A stretch of DNA of 64,000 nucleotides from Myxococcales bacterium (lineage in GTDB: Bacteria > Myxococcota_A > Polyangia > Polyangiales > DASUME01). The stretch spans positions 1,920,001 through 1,984,000 of the forward strand of contig JASGJH010000001.1 of NCBI GenBank assembly GCA_047601445.1. The letters run 5' to 3'. This document shows positions 9,068-19,767 of this stretch, piece by piece. The notes under the pieces were generated by a model. That model was not told the origin of the DNA, searched no databases, and worked only from the letters and a program-made list of their open reading frames with translations. Position 1 is the stretch's first letter, and every line of letters starts with the position of its first letter. A program made the translations under genes and the position numbers.

Positions 9068-11058
9068 CAGCGGATCCTCTCCGGGAAGGTAAGTGCGCCC
9101 AGGGTTGCCACGATGCGTGGCGGCGCCCGCGAGTTATCGACCAGCGATTGGAGATCGACCACGCGCACGACGGAGGCCCCGAAATCGGCCACGTACATCA
9201 GGTTACGGACCTCATCGACCACCATCGTGAACGGGCCCGAGAGTCCGAGCACCACGGTATCGAGTTGCTGCTGACTCCCCATGTCGAACACGTAGATGCT
9301 GCCCTCGCTGTAGCAACTCGCGAACAACACTTGCCGCTTTGCACCGTTCTTCCTGGTGAGCACGGCGCTCGAGAGCTTGCTCGGGCCAGTGCCCACCACG
9401 AGCGCGTTCTGGGTGCGGGACTCGATGGTTGTGGTGCTATCGAGGTCCAGGAAGGCCACCGATTGCTGGCTGCCGCGGATCAGCACCGCGATCTTGCGTG
9501 GGTCGTCGGCGTTCACCACGACGTCTCTTAGGTCGTAGGCCGACGCGAGCCCGGGCAAGAGCAGCGGGGTCGAGTTGTAGAACTCGAGCTGAGGCTGCGT
9601 CGCGGGCCCGGTCTCGCCGAAAGGTACCGCCTGGCGCACGCGCACGCCCATGCGCTCGACGCCCATCGCGGTGGTGATCGACGAGGTTACATAGAGCAGC
9701 TTGGCGGCTGGATCCCAGGTGCTCGGGTCGTCCATCTGCACGTTGCGCGCAGCGGCCAGCGTGACCGATGTCGTGCGCTGGGCCGGGCCCACCAACATGT
9801 CCTGCATCACCGGCCCGTTGCCGGGATCCACGAAGAGCGCGAGCTGACCGCCCTCGTGCGTGGTGGCCACGAAGGTTTGGTCCGGCGTGAAGTTCAATCC
9901 GGAAAGGTCGCTGGCTGGCGGCCCACCCAGCGTGAGTCCCAGATCACTCAGCTTGCCCGAGGTGACCGCGATGGGCGTGGCCGGGAAGTTGGTGTCGGGA
10001 TTCTTGTCTTTGTTGTTCTCGCTGTCGCCGCGCGTGCAGCGATCGCTGGAGCTGCTGCCCGCGCCGGCGCAGTCGAGCCGGCCGTTCTCGCCGATGTCGA
10101 TGTAGAGCAGGCGATTCTTGCTGCGCGTGGGCACGTAGATCCGCTTGTCGCGGATCGTCAGCCCCTGGCCATAGCTGTCGATGAAGAGCTCGTTGATGAG
10201 CAGCGAAGACGCCGGGATCGGAGCGCCGGTATCGTCTTCCAACGGGACGTCCGTGATGACCTTGAGCAAGTCAACGCAGCCAGCGGGGTCGCTCTCAGAG
10301 CAGGCGCGCTTGAAGCAGCACTTTGACTGGCGGCTGATCTGACTCCCATCGCTCGCCTTGAAGAAGCCGTCGCGACCATCGCACAGGATGCCTCGCTGGC
10401 TGCCATAGGGGCGGCCCCCGCTCAGCGTGATGGGCCCGGTCGGCGTCGCGGCATCCGACAAGCTCGCGTCGAGCTCTCCCGCGTCCGCGCCAGCATCCAT
10501 CTCCATGCCTGAGTCCGGACTCGCGCCCGCGTCGCCAGCGTCAGTCCCGCCGTCCGCGACCTCGGCGTCAGCCACGCCCGCATCGGCGGAGGCGTCTTCG
10601 CCCGCGTCACCCGCGTCGCTGGTCTCGGTGCCGGCCTCCGGGTACACCGTATTGTCAGGCACACTAGCGTCGCCGAAGGGCATGCCGGCAGCGCGCGTGG
10701 AGAGCGCGAAGCAGCTATCCTCGGCCTCCTGGTTTCTCTGGCCGATCAACGACATCAAGACATCGAGGTCGTAGGCCTGGACACTGCCGGCGTTGTAGCG
10801 AAGGTCGAAGTTCGAGTTCACCACGACCAGGTATTTGGGCAGCGGCTTCCCGTCTGCGCTAACGCCCTCGTTGACGAGCCCGACGCCCATCGGATAGGTG
10901 ATCTGCGCCGCTGGAGGTGAAATGCCGGGTTGGTCGAGGTTGCAGGCCGAAGCCAGCGATGCCGCGACGGTCCAACACGACAACTTCCACAGGGCTTTGC
11001 CCACGCGCGGCGCGGCGCGCTTCGACTTGAGCCAATCGGCGCCACGGGGCGTCTTCAT
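9067..11058 (-). CDS. Hypothetical lipoprotein with YncE-like beta-propeller and DAG-rich linker
   Basis: Lipobox LASAC; VVNSNFDLRYNAGSV; C-terminal GPFTMVVD...MYVADFG...VRVVDL blades. Confidence 0.75.
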   Translation of the reverse strand: MKTPRGADWLKSKRAAPRVGKALWKLSCWTVAASLASACNLDQPGISPPAAQITYPMGVGLVNEGVSADGKPLPKYLVVVNSNFDLRYNAGSVQAYDLDVLMSLIGQRNQEAEDSCFALSTRAAGMPFGDASVPDNTVYPEAGTETSDAGDAGEDASADAGVADAEVADGGTDAGDAGASPDSGMEMDAGADAGELDASLSDAATPTGPITLSGGRPYGSQRGILCDGRDGFFKASDGSQISRQSKCCFKRACSESDPAGCVDLLKVITDVPLEDDTGAPIPASSLLINELFIDSYGQGLTIRDKRIYVPTRSKNRLLYIDIGENGRLDCAGAGSSSSDRCTRGDSENNKDKNPDTNFPATPIAVTSGKLSDLGLTLGGPPASDLSGLNFTPDQTFVATTHEGGQLALFVDPGNGPVMQDMLVGPAQRTTSVTLAAARNVQMDDPSTWDPAAKLLYVTSSITTAMGVERMGVRVRQAVPFGETGPATQPQLEFYNSTPLLLPGLASAYDLRDVVVNADDPRKIAVLIRGSQQSVAFLDLDSTTTIESRTQNALVVGTGPSKLSSAVLTRKNGAKRQVLFASCYSEGSIYVFDMGSQQQLDTVVLGLSGPFTMVVDEVRNLMYVADFGASVVRVVDLQSLVDNSRAPPRIVATLGALTFPERIR
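10455..10670 (-). repeat. Low-complexity DAG/DAS/DGG peptide repeat linker
   Basis: SDAGDAGEDASADAGVADAEVADGGTDAGDAGASPDSG...DAGADAGELDASLSDAA within the 663 aa lipoprotein; boundaries approximate. Confidence 0.7.
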
Positions 11059-11111
11059 CGGGGCGGCAAGCTAGTCGTTCCCCTTGGTATGGGCAACCGC
11101 CGGAAGCGACA

Positions 11112-11145
11112 AACGCGTCGCAACCTCCAGGGGTTGCAACGCGTT
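11112..11145 (-). terminator. 14-bp stem-loop downstream of the kinase gene
   Basis: Minus strand AACGCGTTGCAACC-cctgga-GGTTGCGACGCGTT (one G-U pair), only a short U-tail. Confidence 0.55.
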
Positions 11146-11194
11146 GGGGTGGCGCGGTCAGCAGGGGTGGCGTGAGTGGCGAGGCAGGAACGCC

Positions 11195-12772
<1,578 letters not shown>

Positions 12773-12962
12773 CTGAACCTCGAGACGCGCTGGCGCGAGC
12801 GTCTCCCCTTCTACGAATGATGGGCCGAAGCGGATCTATTCCCTCGGCGTATGGCTTACGGACACGACCCAGGCGAGCTCCCTATTCACTCGACATTGGT
12901 ATGTGGCCCGGGCCGATATTTTCATGAATCGGATGGGTCAGCGAGTACAAATCGGCGGCATT

Positions 12963-14873
12963 TTAGTGAGCCGAGGTCGGGGCACGTAGTCGCAGCGCAA
13001 GCCTCAATATCCATTCCGATGCCCGCCCTGTTTCGCACAGGACTCCGCCGATGGCTGGGTGGCTCAAACGAGCCGAATCCGACGCAGAATCCGCACGCGA
13101 GAGGAGACGTGGGGCCAACCCGGACAGCTCCTCCGAGGGCCCTACACCAGGTCCCAGGACGGCCAGATCGAAGCGCGGCGCGCCATGCCGCGCTGCCTCC
13201 ACGTCCACGCCCGCGTGCGTTCCCTCAATCCCCGCATCGAGCCACAGCCCCAGGGGGCGCAGACGAGCCATCCGACGCAGCTCCGACAGCGGGAGCTCGG
13301 GCAGCCCTCCCCTCACGACCACCCCCCAGCCCGCCGGGAGCCGCGGCAGCCATGCCAGGAGCTCGGCACCAGGGACCTCGAGCCAACACTCGCGGCCGCG
13401 GGCGGCCGGGATGCCTTCGGGGCTGGTGACGGGACACACGATGCCGTCGAGCCAGGCGTCCTCCTTGGCCTGTAGCGCGGCATCCGGGGGGCCGTAGGCC
13501 CAGAGGGCGATCTCGCGCAGCTTGCGCAGCTCCTGGGCCAGGCGACGTAGCTCGGGCGAAACGACACGAGGCAACACCTGGTGGGCGCCGCGGTACACCA
13601 GTCCGCGCTGGGCGTCGACGCTCACCAGGTCCCCCTCGCGCAGCACCACGGCGCTGGGATCGTGGCGTCGGTGCACCAGGCCGGCGCGCGAGTCCACGAG
13701 CACGTCGGAGCAGCCGACCACGGCGGGTACGGCGAGACCGCGGGCGATCACGGCGGCGTGGCAGGTGAGCCCTCCGCTGGTGGTCACCACGGCGCTCGCC
13801 GCGCGGAAGGCCGCGACATCTTCAGGGCTGGCCTGATTGCGAAAGAGGATCACGGGTTCGTGGGGGGCGCGCGCGAGGGCCCGTTCGGGGTCGGTGACGA
13901 GCACACCGCTGGCCACGCCCCTACTGGCCACCAGGCCACGCAACTGGGGAGCGGAGTCACCCTGCGCGTCGGGGACAGGCGCAGGGAACTCGCGCTCGAT
14001 GAGCCCCGTGAGGTCGGCCGAGAGCAGTCGCTCAGCGTGCCGGCGGAAGGCCGGAGAGTCCGCCTCGATGGCCTCCAGCGTCACGTGCACCAGGGCACGC
14101 GCGGACATCACGAGCGGCCTCACTTGCAGCAGCCAGAGCACGCCCTGAGCGCGCACGAATTCCAGCTCCAGAGGTTCGCCAAAGCCGTGCTCGAGGCGCG
14201 CGGCAAGGGCCTCGATCTCGGCGTAGGCGGCGGGGTCGCGCACGCTCAGGCTCGACTCGCGCTGCGCTTGCTGGGCGCGGGCCGAAGTCGCGAGCGGCCA
14301 GGGGACCCGCTTGCCCGAGACCACCTGCTCCGCGCCGAGGCCTGGCAGGTACTCCCCCACGAGGCCCGCTGTGCCGCGATCCGGATCGCGGGTGAACACG
14401 ACCGCACCGAAGTCCGCCGGCCCCTCCACCTCCACGTAGCGCTGGACCAGGATGGGCAGCGCCGGCGACTCCTCCGCGATTCCCCGCGCGGCGCGCTGGG
14501 CGCGCGCGGCGGGCTTGGCGTCCGAAGCCAGCACCTCGGTGATGCCCTGCAACACGGCCTCGAGGTCGGACGCCACACCAAGCCTGGTGAGCAGGGCCCC
14601 CGGCAGCGAATCCGCCGGGCTCGAGCGAACTGCCAGGCCCATGGCGCCCTCTGCGCGCAAATCCGCGAGGGCTGCCTCGAGCGCTGCCCGCACAGCCGGC
14701 TCGCCCGAAAGGGCCGCCCGCACTTCGTCGCCACTCACGGCCACGCCCTGCGGGATCGCGCAGGCGTAGCCGAGGGCGCGACTCAGCCAGGCCGCCTTCT
14801 GTCCGTAGCGCAGGGCGTGCGCCGCGAGCTCACTGGCGGGCTGCCCGTACAATCCCGAGATCACGACGCGCAC
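12963..14873 (-). CDS. Divergent, shortened pyruvate phosphate dikinase-like protein
   Basis: VRSS, FTRDP..G, GEYL, QVVSG, LEF...LWLLQVR of the nucleotide-binding domain; GGLTCHAAVIARG phospho-His motif; short divergent C-terminus. Confidence 0.8.
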   Translation of the reverse strand: MRVVISGLYGQPASELAAHALRYGQKAAWLSRALGYACAIPQGVAVSGDEVRAALSGEPAVRAALEAALADLRAEGAMGLAVRSSPADSLPGALLTRLGVASDLEAVLQGITEVLASDAKPAARAQRAARGIAEESPALPILVQRYVEVEGPADFGAVVFTRDPDRGTAGLVGEYLPGLGAEQVVSGKRVPWPLATSARAQQAQRESSLSVRDPAAYAEIEALAARLEHGFGEPLELEFVRAQGVLWLLQVRPLVMSARALVHVTLEAIEADSPAFRRHAERLLSADLTGLIEREFPAPVPDAQGDSAPQLRGLVASRGVASGVLVTDPERALARAPHEPVILFRNQASPEDVAAFRAASAVVTTSGGLTCHAAVIARGLAVPAVVGCSDVLVDSRAGLVHRRHDPSAVVLREGDLVSVDAQRGLVYRGAHQVLPRVVSPELRRLAQELRKLREIALWAYGPPDAALQAKEDAWLDGIVCPVTSPEGIPAARGRECWLEVPGAELLAWLPRLPAGWGVVVRGGLPELPLSELRRMARLRPLGLWLDAGIEGTHAGVDVEAARHGAPRFDLAVLGPGVGPSEELSGLAPRLLSRADSASDSARLSHPAIGGVLCETGRASEWILRLALRLRAPTSAH

Positions 14874-15757
14874 CGTCCTGCGAGCAAGAAGGCTCCCGCG
14901 AGCCCCGCCCGCGGACCGAGCGCGGGTGCCACCACGAAGCTCTCCATCCCGACGACCGAAAGCTCCGCACGCGGCACGTAGTCACCGAGGTTGCGCAAGA
15001 CCTCCGCGCGCACCCGAGAGAGCAACCCGACGCGCTCGAGCACGCCTCCCCCGAGCACGATGCGGCGCGGCGAATAGGCGAGCACGCACAGCGTCACGAG
15101 CTGGCCCAGATACGCGGCCTCCAGCATCCAAACCGGGTCGTCATCCCGCAGTGCTTCCGGTGCGATGCCCGTGCGAGCTCGCAGCGCCGGCGCGGTGGCT
15201 ACCCCCTCGATGCAGCGCCCGTGGAACGGGCACACGCCTGGAAACGAGCACAAATCGGCTGCGCGCACGTGCCCGAGTTCGGGATGCATCAGCCCCTGCA
15301 AGCTGCGCCCCTCGATGACCACACCGACGCCGACGCCTGTACCCACGGTGATGTACACGCAAGGGTCCACCCCCTGTCCTGCGCCCCAGCGCTGCTCCGC
15401 CAAGGCCGCCGCATTCACATCGGTGTCGATATCCACCGGCACACCGAAGCGCCCAGCCAGACGCGAGGTCAGAGGTGTCCCGGACCAGCCGGCCTTGGGA
15501 GTTCGCAAGAGAGAACCCCAGGATGCCTGCGCGCGATCCAGCTCGAGTGGCCCGAACGAGGCGATGCCGATGGCCCGCAGGCGCCCGCGGTACGACTCGA
15601 AGAAGTCCTCCACCTCGGCCAGTGTGCTGCTCGGGTCCCGAGTCTCGATGCGGTGCTCCGCGACGATCTCGTCATGGGCCCTCCCCACCGCGCACAGCAC
15701 CTTGCTGCCGCCCAGCTCCACCGCACCCAAGAAAGGCCCGCCCGACGACGGCACCAT
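14861..15757 (-). CDS. ROK-family sugar kinase (fructokinase-like)
   Basis: ELGGSK, GIASFGP, TDVNAAALAE, YITVGTGVG, HPELGH, CPFHGRCIEG. True start is probably ATG 15757 within the 654 aa track ORF. Confidence 0.92.
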   Translation of the reverse strand: MVPSSGGPFLGAVELGGSKVLCAVGRAHDEIVAEHRIETRDPSSTLAEVEDFFESYRGRLRAIGIASFGPLELDRAQASWGSLLRTPKAGWSGTPLTSRLAGRFGVPVDIDTDVNAAALAEQRWGAGQGVDPCVYITVGTGVGVGVVIEGRSLQGLMHPELGHVRAADLCSFPGVCPFHGRCIEGVATAPALRARTGIAPEALRDDDPVWMLEAAYLGQLVTLCVLAYSPRRIVLGGGVLERVGLLSRVRAEVLRNLGDYVPRAELSVVGMESFVVAPALGPRAGLAGAFLLAGRCAS

Positions 15758-15765
15758 GATCGTCC

Positions 15766-16749
15766 TCAGCCCGGCTCGGAGGGGGACTCGTTGTCCTGTT
15801 CGGCCTCGGAGAACGCTTCGTCCGCGGGCGCCTCGGAGGAGTCGCCCGCGTCTTCCGCGTGGTCTTCGGCGCTCGCTTGCCCCTCCGGCGCAGCCTCGCC
15901 CTGGGCTTCGTTGCCCTCGCCGCCGCCCTCGTCCTCGTCGCCGTGCGAAGGAGCGGCCTCGTAGTGCGTCTCGAGGTTCATGCCCTGTCCAAAGCCGGGC
16001 AAGGGCGCGCCGATGCGACGCTCGAAGATGTCGCGGCTCTCCGCGGAGAGTTCGGTGAATTCCTTGAGCGTGGGCAAGTCCCGCAGGCTCTTGAGCCCGA
16101 ACAGCTCCAGGAACTCGTTCGTGGTGCCGTAGAGCATGGGACGCCCGGCCTCGTCCTTCTTGCCGATGATCTTGAGCACGTTGCGCTCGAGCAAGACCTT
16201 GATGGCCGAGCCCGAGTCCACGCCGCGCACGTCTTCGATCTCGGGACGTGTGATGGGCTGCCGATAGGCAATGATGGCCAACACCTCGAGCTGCGCGCGC
16301 GAGAGCTTGGTCGGCTTCTGCTGCACGAGCGTGCGGACGAAGGGCGCGTAGCGCGGCGAGGTGCGGAACTGGAAGCCGCCGGCGATTTCGTCGAGCACGA
16401 TGCCGCGACCCCGATATTGCTCGGCTAGCTCGGAGAGCGCGCGCTTCACGGCGCCCGGGTCCTGGCGCGTGAGACGGGCCAGGCGCACGGCGGCCACCGG
16501 CTTGTCCGACACCAAAATCAGCGCCTCGAGAGCAGCCCGCAGGTCGTGATCGGCCAGCGCCACCGCACCGGCCAGGCCTGGGCGCCCGAGACCATCCTCG
16601 TCGTCCTCGTCGCCCTCTCCCTCGGCTGACAGCGACAGGTCGGCCTCGCCGGGCCCCAGCGTATCCGTGCCCGCGTCGGCCTCCTGCGCCTCCTGCGCGC
16701 CTTCGGACGCTTCGGACTCGCCCTCGGGCTCCTGTTCGAACTCGCTCAT
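15766..16749 (-). CDS. scpB: SMC-Scp complex subunit ScpB with acidic extensions
   Basis: LEVLAIIAYRQPITRPEIEDVRGVDS, GRPMLYGTTNEFLELFGLKSLRDLP. Confidence 0.96.
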   Translation of the reverse strand: MSEFEQEPEGESEASEGAQEAQEADAGTDTLGPGEADLSLSAEGEGDEDDEDGLGRPGLAGAVALADHDLRAALEALILVSDKPVAAVRLARLTRQDPGAVKRALSELAEQYRGRGIVLDEIAGGFQFRTSPRYAPFVRTLVQQKPTKLSRAQLEVLAIIAYRQPITRPEIEDVRGVDSGSAIKVLLERNVLKIIGKKDEAGRPMLYGTTNEFLELFGLKSLRDLPTLKEFTELSAESRDIFERRIGAPLPGFGQGMNLETHYEAAPSHGDEDEGGGEGNEAQGEAAPEGQASAEDHAEDAGDSSEAPADEAFSEAEQDNESPSEPG

Positions 16750-17576
16750 GCCTGCCGTTCTTCCTCTGCTGCCGGGGCCTTTGCTTCCGTCTCGAAGCTA
16801 TTCTGCACGACCACGGTCGAAGCATCGAGAACCGCGCTCTCGATGTAGATGGGCGCGTAGGAATCCGACTGATAGATGCGCAGCAACTTCTGCTTGCCCA
16901 TCTCCAACATGGCCAGGAAGGTGACCACCAGGTCGTAGGTGGTGACGTAGCCCTCGAACAGCGACTCGAAGCTCACCCGCTGCTGCTCCTTCACCATGTC
17001 GAGGATCTCGTGGATGCGGTCCTGGATCGTGACGCGCTCCGCGGTGATCTCGCGCGAGAACTCCGCGTTGGCGCGCTTCAGCACACGATTGAACGCATCG
17101 AGCAGCTGGAACAGCGTCATGCCGCCGAGCGGCGCTTCGCCCTTGGCCTCCTCCGCTGGCGCGCCACGGGTGAACACGTCGCGACCCGCCAGGCCGCGCT
17201 CGGCCAACCCTTCCGCGGCTGCCTTGTACTTCTGGTACTCGAGCAAGCGCCGCACGAGCTCTTCGCGCGGGTCGCCCTGCTCCTCGAGGCTGTCGTCGTC
17301 CTGGTCGGCCGGCGGCGCCGGCAGCAACATCTTCGACTTGATGTGGGCGAGGGTGGCCGCCATCACGAGGTACTCGCTCACCACGTCCAGGGCGAGCTGC
17401 TCCATGGTGCGGAGGTATTCGAGGTACTTCTCGGTAACGAACGAAATCGGCAGGTCGAGGATGTCGAGCTCGTGCTCCTGGATCAGGTGCAGGAGCAGGT
17501 CGAGCGGACCCTCGAAGCCCAAGACCGAGAGGCGGAACGCGTTTGGATCGTCGGGGGCCTCATCGGTCTCTTCCAT
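16746..17576 (-). CDS. scpA: Segregation and condensation protein A
   Basis: FEGPLDLLLHLI, EYLVMAATLAHIKSKMLLP, DPREELVRRLLEYQKYK, VVTFLAMLE. Confidence 0.96.
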   Translation of the reverse strand: MEETDEAPDDPNAFRLSVLGFEGPLDLLLHLIQEHELDILDLPISFVTEKYLEYLRTMEQLALDVVSEYLVMAATLAHIKSKMLLPAPPADQDDDSLEEQGDPREELVRRLLEYQKYKAAAEGLAERGLAGRDVFTRGAPAEEAKGEAPLGGMTLFQLLDAFNRVLKRANAEFSREITAERVTIQDRIHEILDMVKEQQRVSFESLFEGYVTTYDLVVTFLAMLEMGKQKLLRIYQSDSYAPIYIESAVLDASTVVVQNSFETEAKAPAAEEERQA

Positions 17577-17770
17577 GCTCTCCACCCACCCCTGAAATTG
17601 CTGCCCGGCCCCAGCCCTGGCGTACTCGTTTAGGTTTCCTGCGGCCCCGTGTCAAACACGGGCAATTGCCCACGATCTCAGGGCATGTGCGCCATCGTCC
17701 CTGATGACGCGAGCGTACACGCCGCGATACCCTTTCGGGAATAGGGGGCGACGCGCGAGCCGTGCGTGGC

Positions 17771-19168
17771 ATGCAGAAGCCAAAAGACGATCGACAAGCA
17801 GGTGGGCCGGGCGGGGAGCACGGCTCATCCCAGGCCGCGAACTATCAACTAGGGGACCTCGACATCCCGGCCGCCCGTTCGCGCGCGACGGCCCAGCCCT
17901 CCCAGCGGGGCCTCGAGCCCGTGGCCAGGGCCCCCGCCCCGGTGCCGCCCCCGCCCCGCGCGAGCTCGGAGCTCGACGCGTTCGGCGCCCGCGATTTTGG
18001 TGAGGATGCCTTCGGGGATGGCACCGAGCTGGAGCTCGACGAGCCTGCGCTGCGACGCCCGGCGCCTGCCCCCCGGCCCGCAGCCGCAGGTCATGCCCCG
18101 GCCAAACCCGGGACGGTACCCCAGGCCTCGGGGCCGCGCGGCAACGCGGCGCTCGGCAGCAGCGTGCCGCGGGACGCCAACGCCAACATGCTGGTGGAGC
18201 TGCAGGAGCTGGGCGGCTTCGGGGATCCGCCGACCGGCTGGGTGAGCAGTGGTCGCTACGCGATTCACGTGGCCATCCGCCTCCTGTCGCTACGCGCGGA
18301 ACGCAAACGTGCCGTGAAGGCGCAACAGGTCGCCGAGAGCAACCACCGTACGGCGCTCGAGGAGCTCGGCCAGGTGCTGGCCGCTGCCCCGTCCGCTACC
18401 CCGGCGCTCAAGTCCTTTCATGACGCCGTGTTAGCGGCGCTGCATCAGGTATCCCAGGCCGATCAGACGTTGTCGCGAGCGCGCGACGAGAGCCGCGGGG
18501 CGCTCGAGGACTTGGCCAAGTCACGTGCCACGCTCGAACAACAGCTGCAGCCCTTCGTGGAAGCCGAAAGCGCGGCACAAACCGCCGTGCGCAAGGCCGA
18601 GGAGGACCTGAAGCGCGGCCAAGCCTGGCTGAAGCGCGTCGAGATCGAGCTGCGCGCTTTGCAGGAGACCGAGACCGAAGCCGAGCCCGCCAAGCTCGCG
18701 AACCTCGAGCAACAAAAGGCCCAGCGCCAGGCCGCCGTGTCCGGCTTCGAGGCCGCGTTGCTGCCCGTGATGTCCAAGCTCGAGCTCGCACGGCGCGAAC
18801 TCGAGCAGCGGCGGGCCGCCGTCCATGCCATCGATCGACAACGGCAAGAGCTCGAAGCAGGCGCACGGGCGAAGGAAACGTCGATTGGCAAACAAACCGA
18901 GGCCGCAGGCGAAGGCCACCGCCACGCCTTACGCGCGCTGGCGGAGGCTGCGCGCGAGCGCGGGCTCGATGGCGAGAGCGGCGCCGCGGCGCAGGCGCGC
19001 GTGAGCTTGGAGCGCGTCGACGACGCCAAGACCGAAATCAATCACTTGGATCGCGCCCGCGACCTCTACGACCACGCCGGCGCGCGCAACGGCGCGTTGC
19101 TGCTCTTGGCTATCTTGGTGTTCGGCTTGGTGGTGCTCTACCTCCAGCCCGGCATGGAGCCGGGCTGA
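17771..19168 (+). CDS. Hypothetical coiled-coil protein with C-terminal membrane anchor
   Basis: Pro-rich N-terminus, long A/E/R/Q/L-rich helical region, terminal ALLLLAILVFGLVVLYL. Confidence 0.75.
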   Translation: MQKPKDDRQAGGPGGEHGSSQAANYQLGDLDIPAARSRATAQPSQRGLEPVARAPAPVPPPPRASSELDAFGARDFGEDAFGDGTELELDEPALRRPAPAPRPAAAGHAPAKPGTVPQASGPRGNAALGSSVPRDANANMLVELQELGGFGDPPTGWVSSGRYAIHVAIRLLSLRAERKRAVKAQQVAESNHRTALEELGQVLAAAPSATPALKSFHDAVLAALHQVSQADQTLSRARDESRGALEDLAKSRATLEQQLQPFVEAESAAQTAVRKAEEDLKRGQAWLKRVEIELRALQETETEAEPAKLANLEQQKAQRQAAVSGFEAALLPVMSKLELARRELEQRRAAVHAIDRQRQELEAGARAKETSIGKQTEAAGEGHRHALRALAEAARERGLDGESGAAAQARVSLERVDDAKTEINHLDRARDLYDHAGARNGALLLLAILVFGLVVLYLQPGMEPG

Positions 19169-19174
19169 ACGCTG

Positions 19175-19642
19175 TCAGAGCTCGGCCAACGTTTCGAGCA
19201 CTTGCTCGACGTGGCCGGCCACTTTCACCTTGGGAAAGATCTTTTGCACCACGCCGTCCTCGTCGATGACGACGGTGGAGCGGATGATGCCCATGCTCTT
19301 CTTGCCGTACATGTTCTTCTCGCCCCAGGCACCGAACTTCTCGACCACCTTGCCGTCCGTGTCCGACAGCAAGTCGAAGTTCAACCCGTGCTTGGCGATG
19401 AACTTGCAGTGCGACTCGACCGAGTCCTTGCTGACGCCGAGCACCACGGTATTCAACTTCTTGAAGCGCTGGGCTTCGTCACGAAAGTTCATGGCTTCGG
19501 TGGTGCAACCGGGCGTGTCGTCCTTGGGATAGAAGTAGAGAACGACGCGTTTGCCCGCGAGATCCTTCAGCGCGATCTTCTTGCCGCTTGCGGCTTGCAG
19601 AGAGAACGCGGGCGCCTTCTTACCGACTTCGAGCATGCTCAC
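19175..19642 (-). CDS. bcp: Peroxiredoxin Bcp/PrxQ
   Basis: YFYPKDDTPGCTTEA, GVSKDS, RSTVVID. Confidence 0.95.
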   Translation of the reverse strand: MSMLEVGKKAPAFSLQAASGKKIALKDLAGKRVVLYFYPKDDTPGCTTEAMNFRDEAQRFKKLNTVVLGVSKDSVESHCKFIAKHGLNFDLLSDTDGKVVEKFGAWGEKNMYGKKSMGIIRSTVVIDEDGVVQKIFPKVKVAGHVEQVLETLAEL

Positions 19643-19767
19643 CTCGCGACGGAGTATAGGGCCAGGTAACCCCCTCTACGAACCAGCTCACGTGGTCCTC
19701 TAAAACAAAATTCGAGTGCGAAGTTTGCTCGACAGAAACCACTGATCATCGAGTTAGGATCGCTGAC

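Noticed and set aside
14861..16825. 654 aa ORF suggesting a long N-terminal fusion on the ROK kinase
   Set aside because: The extension is an alternative frame over scpB with Arg/Gly-rich junk; kinase motifs start after ATG 15757.
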